From positions 1-64,000 of the forward strand of contig LVLI01000196.1 of assembly GCA_001687465.1 (NCBI GenBank): a stretch of 64,000 nucleotides of DNA. The letters are read 5' to 3'. This document shows positions 59,471 to 64,000 of this stretch, piece after piece; position 1 is the first letter of the stretch; each line of letters begins with the position of its first letter. The translations under genes were made by a program, and so were the position numbers. This DNA comes from Halocafeteria seosinensis. Its lineage: Eukaryota. The notes beneath the pieces are model-generated. The model saw only the letters and a list, made by a program, of their open reading frames with translations, was not told the origin of the DNA and made no database searches.

Positions 59471-60657
59471 TAAAACTCGAAACAGGTCCACTGACGTTGT
59501 ACTTCATCCTTCAAAAGTTCCACATTGAAACCCCGTCTGTAAATTCAGAAGGTCGTTACCTGCACTTAACCTATTTCTGTGGATTAGCCAGGCGCACAAC
59601 CTATCCCCATGAGAGTACGTTCGACAGGCGGCGCCGATATGAAATGCCCTTGGATGCTGCATGCGTACGGCAAGAAACGGCTTTTGAACTGTAGGATGTC
59701 TAAATGCTCGCAGCAATTGACGTGCTTGATACTCTGGCACCGGAACGTCCCGTACGACAAAGATATACTTGTCAAATACGTCACCTGTATAGACTTCCGT
59801 TGACAAAGTCGCCAAGCTGAAATTTATTCGATTTTCCTGAAAGAGTAACATGGGTGAGTCTGCTATATCCAGTACAGATCTGCTTGAATTCAAGATATTT
59901 AACAGGTGTGCATATCAGCGCTCTCGAACGAGCTCTTACTTCATCGTTTCAAAGAACGCTTTAGTCGATTGTTCATCATAAAGTACGTCACTGCAGTTTA
60001 TCCGTGGTACTTCAGATGAATCACCCCAGTACTTATTGATAGTATGACATACCTTGCAATAAAAGCAAGGTTGGACTGCTCTCTCAAGAAGCTCCATGCG
60101 TCGCACTTCGTTGACGACTCCAACGAAAGCATAGTATCTGGCTGTTCCCAATCAAAACAATAAAATTCTATGGGAGCAAGACTGAAGCTCGAGCCAACGT
60201 GCTCGTTCCGTTCTCTGGCATTCCTTTGAGCCAACGCTACAACATCTTGCTCTTTGTCCGTGCATACTACTTTATGTGCATAAAGTCGGCAAATGAACGA
60301 CAGAAGGCCGATTCCACTTCCTAGCTCGACCAGGGTTTTATTGGCCAGCAGAGCACTGGAACCGTTTTCGAGCACCCAGTCACATGCGAAGACAGCACCA
60401 TTCCATAGTTGTTCACCTACCCGCTTCAGGTTTATATGCTCCTGCTCGTTATGCAGGGCTCTCTGTTTGAGCGATTCAAATGATAATTGGACTTCGTGGA
60501 ATCGACATCTCTCTTCCATTGCGGTCAAATCGCCATCTTCACTTGGGCTTCGATCATCCTCGGAACTCCCCTCTCCCTGAGAGTCTTCTTCTGTTGATAA
60601 AATTTCTGCTTCGACAGCAGGAATTTGTACTGTAAAATACTCCACATCCATCATCAC
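59471..60657 (-). CDS. METTL22-like (family 16) SAM-dependent methyltransferase; 3' end approximate
   Basis: VGEQLWNGA, LVELGSGIG, VVCTD, spliced IASDVLYD and ENRINFSL. Confidence 0.75.
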
Positions 60658-61018
60658 TAGATCCGGACACTTCTAGTCCTGTCGTGGATACTGGACGACA
60701 ATTGCATTACTGATTTCCTTGAAAACGTGTTGCCATTCGTACCTCAGACATATGAAACCGGCCTTCTCGAACTTAATGATTCTCCAGCAGCTCGCCTCGC
60801 AGAACAAATCCTTCGGAAGCATCCTCTCTGAGGGAGACAAGTTACCAGGGTTCCTCGCCGACGTTGAAGCAGGACGCGGCTCTCTAGGCTACGCTTTCCG
60901 TTCACTATAGTATACACGTTCAAACGAGCGTTGTTGGTTGCAGACCAAACTACGTAATAGTCGTTGAATTTTATTTGTTTCTCACGTGCTGTAGTAAGGT
61001 GAATACTGATTTTTGAAG

Positions 61019-63818
61019 ATGAGCTCCTCCCATGTCAAAAACTCCATGTCCTCTCCTGCTGCTTCCTCAAGGGGCAACACGGACAAATCAGGCGACAATG
61101 CAGTAGACGAAGACTTTCCAGAGTTGCCAGACTTCTCTGCGTACGTGGAGGAAGCACCGATGGAGGCGCCTCCCCAACACACGGCTTCCTACAGCTCCCC
61201 GGCAACCAGTGTCCCCGGCCAGAACGAGGATAATCACAACCATGAAGCTGCATCGGACGATTCCGACCAAGGAAATAAAGGACATGCCTCTCCGGCCAAT
61301 CGGGAGCGAGGATTTCATCCCACCCAGGCACAATTGGAGGAATGGGAAAGTCTACGAAAGATCATTGAAGTTCCCTCCGAGGAAACTTTTGAGCTGGCAC
61401 AAGAGAATCGATATATTTTGAAACAAGGAGAGCTTATGAAGAAAGGTATAAAGCTACTAATTCGACAAATTTGTCTGGTTATATAGCTGTTATATTGGCT
61501 GCTGCGCACTGCGTCTGCAGGAATGGAGTCCCGTTTGAAGCGCACCAACAAGAGATACGCTGTTTTGTGCAGTGATGCATTTCTACTACTGAAAAAGGAA
61601 TCTTCTAAAAAATATGTTCTTAAGAATGCGGTCAGTGTTGCAACATGTGTCTTAAGGGACCTCCAATGGGGAAGAGCTTTCCCCGACAAAGTTGGAGAGT
61701 ACCCCGAATACAGCTTCCAACTCATGTCCCCCCAGAAATCGTTCACGCTGATAGCTTCGTCACAACAGGAGAAAGTGGAATGGATGGAGCAAATTCGGCT
61801 TGCTATTGAAAGTCAACTACCTGAAGAGATTGCGGCGGGTACTGGATGGAGGCATCAAATATTTCAAGGGACTTGGTACGCAGCAGCAATTACAGGCTCC
61901 TCGGAGGTTGCCGAGGGACTCGTTCAGTTTGTCCCTTACTACCGAAAACATTTTCTCGAAGATGAGGAAGATAGCGAAAGCAAATCGAAGCAAAAGCCCC
62001 CTGAAGCTTCCGAAGATGTTTTGGAGTCGTTTCTCTATGATGTTAATCGAGTGGATGACGATGGCTTCTCACCTCTTATGTTGGCTTCAAGCAAGGGAAC
62101 TACAGATGTTGCCTCACTCCTACTGAAAGGAGGTGCAAGATTAGGTGATACCGATTTCAATGGGAACACTGCTCTACATTTGGCATGCCAAAATGGGCAT
62201 GACGAGATCATTAGCATGTTGGTCACAAACGGCGCCTCCCTGGATAAGAAGAATTTCTGCGGTGAGACTCCCCTGCATTCCCTGCTAGCAATGAATGCTA
62301 ATACCGCTGTCAATACGTTCCCTTGTGAGCAGCTGCAACGCATTCATGCTCCCGACGAAACTAGTATGACCCATATAGAACTCTGCTTTGAGGCGCTTCT
62401 CATGAGTGGGCGCACACCGGATTGCTGTGCAAGAAATGCGCAAGGCGAGGCACCATTGCATGTTGTGAGCATGAACCCACATTTGTCGTCTTTGATCCCC
62501 TGGCTCGTTAGACATGGTGCGCTTGCAAACGACCCATTCGGAGACCAGCAAGCGTCCCCTCTACATTTAACATGCGGCTTTGACACTCAGTCGGGTGCAA
62601 AGACTATAGAGAGGGTTCTTGATCCTCCAATCTCAAACGACACTGCAATATTATTGCTAAAATTTGGAGGCTCCCCGAACCAGCGTACCAAGGGGGCGAA
62701 AGAAACACCGCTGCATGTGATATTACGGACAATAATAAACTGGAATATGTCCCGGAAACAGGTAGAAAAACAAGATGGCAAGGATAGTGAGAGCCCGGCT
62801 CCGAACCCCGATGTGGAACAGAATCTTATCAAAGTTGCACTAAACCTCTGTGCTTTCGGTGCAAGACTCGATCTTAAAGATAAAAATGGGGTGGACGGCG
62901 AACAACTAATTGAAAAGGTGGATAGCGTTCGAGGCAAGTCTATACGGTCTCATTTACAGAAAGCAACTAAAGATTACTTAAACGCCAAAGCCCCTCGGCA
63001 CGCATGCTTCGAACGCGACCAAGTTCCTGGCATGGAGGCCTCGTTCCTTGGACCCCAGAGTTCGCAGTCTAGAGAGCTAAAACAACAACGGAAGGGAACA
63101 CACATCAGTCTTCTTGTCCGGAAACCGTCAAACTTCCTTCAAGAAGCTGGAGTGTTTAAGAAACGCGTGCCAGACGACGCAGCGGAAGCGTGCTACATGT
63201 GTAGCAGCTCATTTAAAGCGCTTACCCGGCGGAAGCATCATTGCCGTAGCTGTTTTGCTTTGATATGCGATTTGTGCAGCCAAAAACGATTCCCGATCAA
63301 GTGTCCCTCTGAAACTGGCGAGTATGCATTTGAACCTAGTCGTGTTTGCGATGCTTGTTTCAACCGCTTGAGAACTGATGCGGATGATACCCGAAAGGCA
63401 GCTGTGATCCGCAAAGAACAAAAGTCACAGGTGTTAGAGAACGCCGAGACGGAGGCCGGAGCTTCCGAACCGGTAGGTCAGGGAGCATCGGCTGGCGCAA
63501 TGTCTACCTCCGCAAGTGCAGTATCGCGAGACACTCAAAGCCCCACAGAAAGAAGACAATACCAAAACTCTGAGGTACAACAGCAAGTAGAAAAGTCTCG
63601 ACAAAAGATGATGGAGAGAGGGGAGAAAATAAATGAACTCCGTAAGTTGGTTATTCCGTATGTGTAACTTAGGGGCCAACCTCTGACTCAATATGCAACG
63701 TGCAGAAGATAAGACTGCCGACATGGCTAAGAAGGCCGAAAGTTTCAACGATATGGCTGCACAATTGGCTGAATCACAAAAGAAGCGATCATCGATGTTC
63801 GGTGGCTTTTTTGGCTGA
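61019..63818 (+). CDS. PH + ankyrin repeats + FYVE + C-terminal R-SNARE-like motif protein; 2 introns (last 63642-63705)
   Basis: PH domain (LKQGELMKK...KRYAVL...FTLIASSQQEKVEWMEQI), ankyrin repeats (GFSPLM, GNTALHLA, GETPLH), FYVE (RRKHHCRSC...RVCDAC), and tail MMERGEKINELQDKTADM. Confidence 0.85.
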
Positions 63819-64000
63819 AGCTGGGTCACATGTAGGTAATCACGGTTAAAATTCTGTGACTCGCAAGCGTCTGTCGCCCTTCCACCATAGAAATGAACAC
63901 TGTAAATATTAGAATGTAGACTATGGGGAACTTCCCTTAGAGACTATAAACGACTGTACAAATAGTCCGCTCCGATAAATCGAAGTTTATGCCTCCTAGA

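Noticed and set aside
5122..63705. Introner elements, non-canonical introns or an alternative genetic code
   Set aside because: Every intron I reconstructed is GT-AG and I saw no sequence shared between introns. TAA, TAG and TGA all serve as stops, and conserved motifs translate normally.

Overview
Gene-dense eukaryotic (protist-like) nuclear DNA in the standard genetic code. It carries about 24 protein-coding genes, short canonical GT-AG introns (mostly ~60-75 nt) and small intergenic gaps. I found no rRNA, tRNA, CRISPR array or recognisable transposon. Confidently recognised genes: DPP3, BRF1, MCM7, an AFG1-like ATPase, a mitochondrial carrier, an acyl-CoA dehydrogenase, a SCAPER-like protein, uS17, INO1, BiP, GCN5, a YihQ-like GH31 glycosidase, a cellular (RNAi-type) RdRP, bL20, AASS and dCMP deaminase. 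Less certain calls: a cysteine-rich-repeat multipass surface protein, a GT61-like glycosyltransferase, a glomulin-like protein, a GPCR-like protein, a Tim17/22-family protein, CDC26, an ependymin-like secreted protein and a METTL22-like methyltransferase. The most notable observations are four. (1) The spliced last exon of the RdRP overlaps the stop codon of the convergent GH31 gene by 11 nt. (2) A GAAGTTGAAGTTGG element recurs in head-to-head promoters. (3) One gene encodes a PH-ankyrin-FYVE protein ending in a soluble R-SNARE motif. (4) BiP and INO1 carry long, hairpin-rich 5' introns. All family calls come from motif recognition by eye; no searches were run, and gene boundaries are manual splice predictions.
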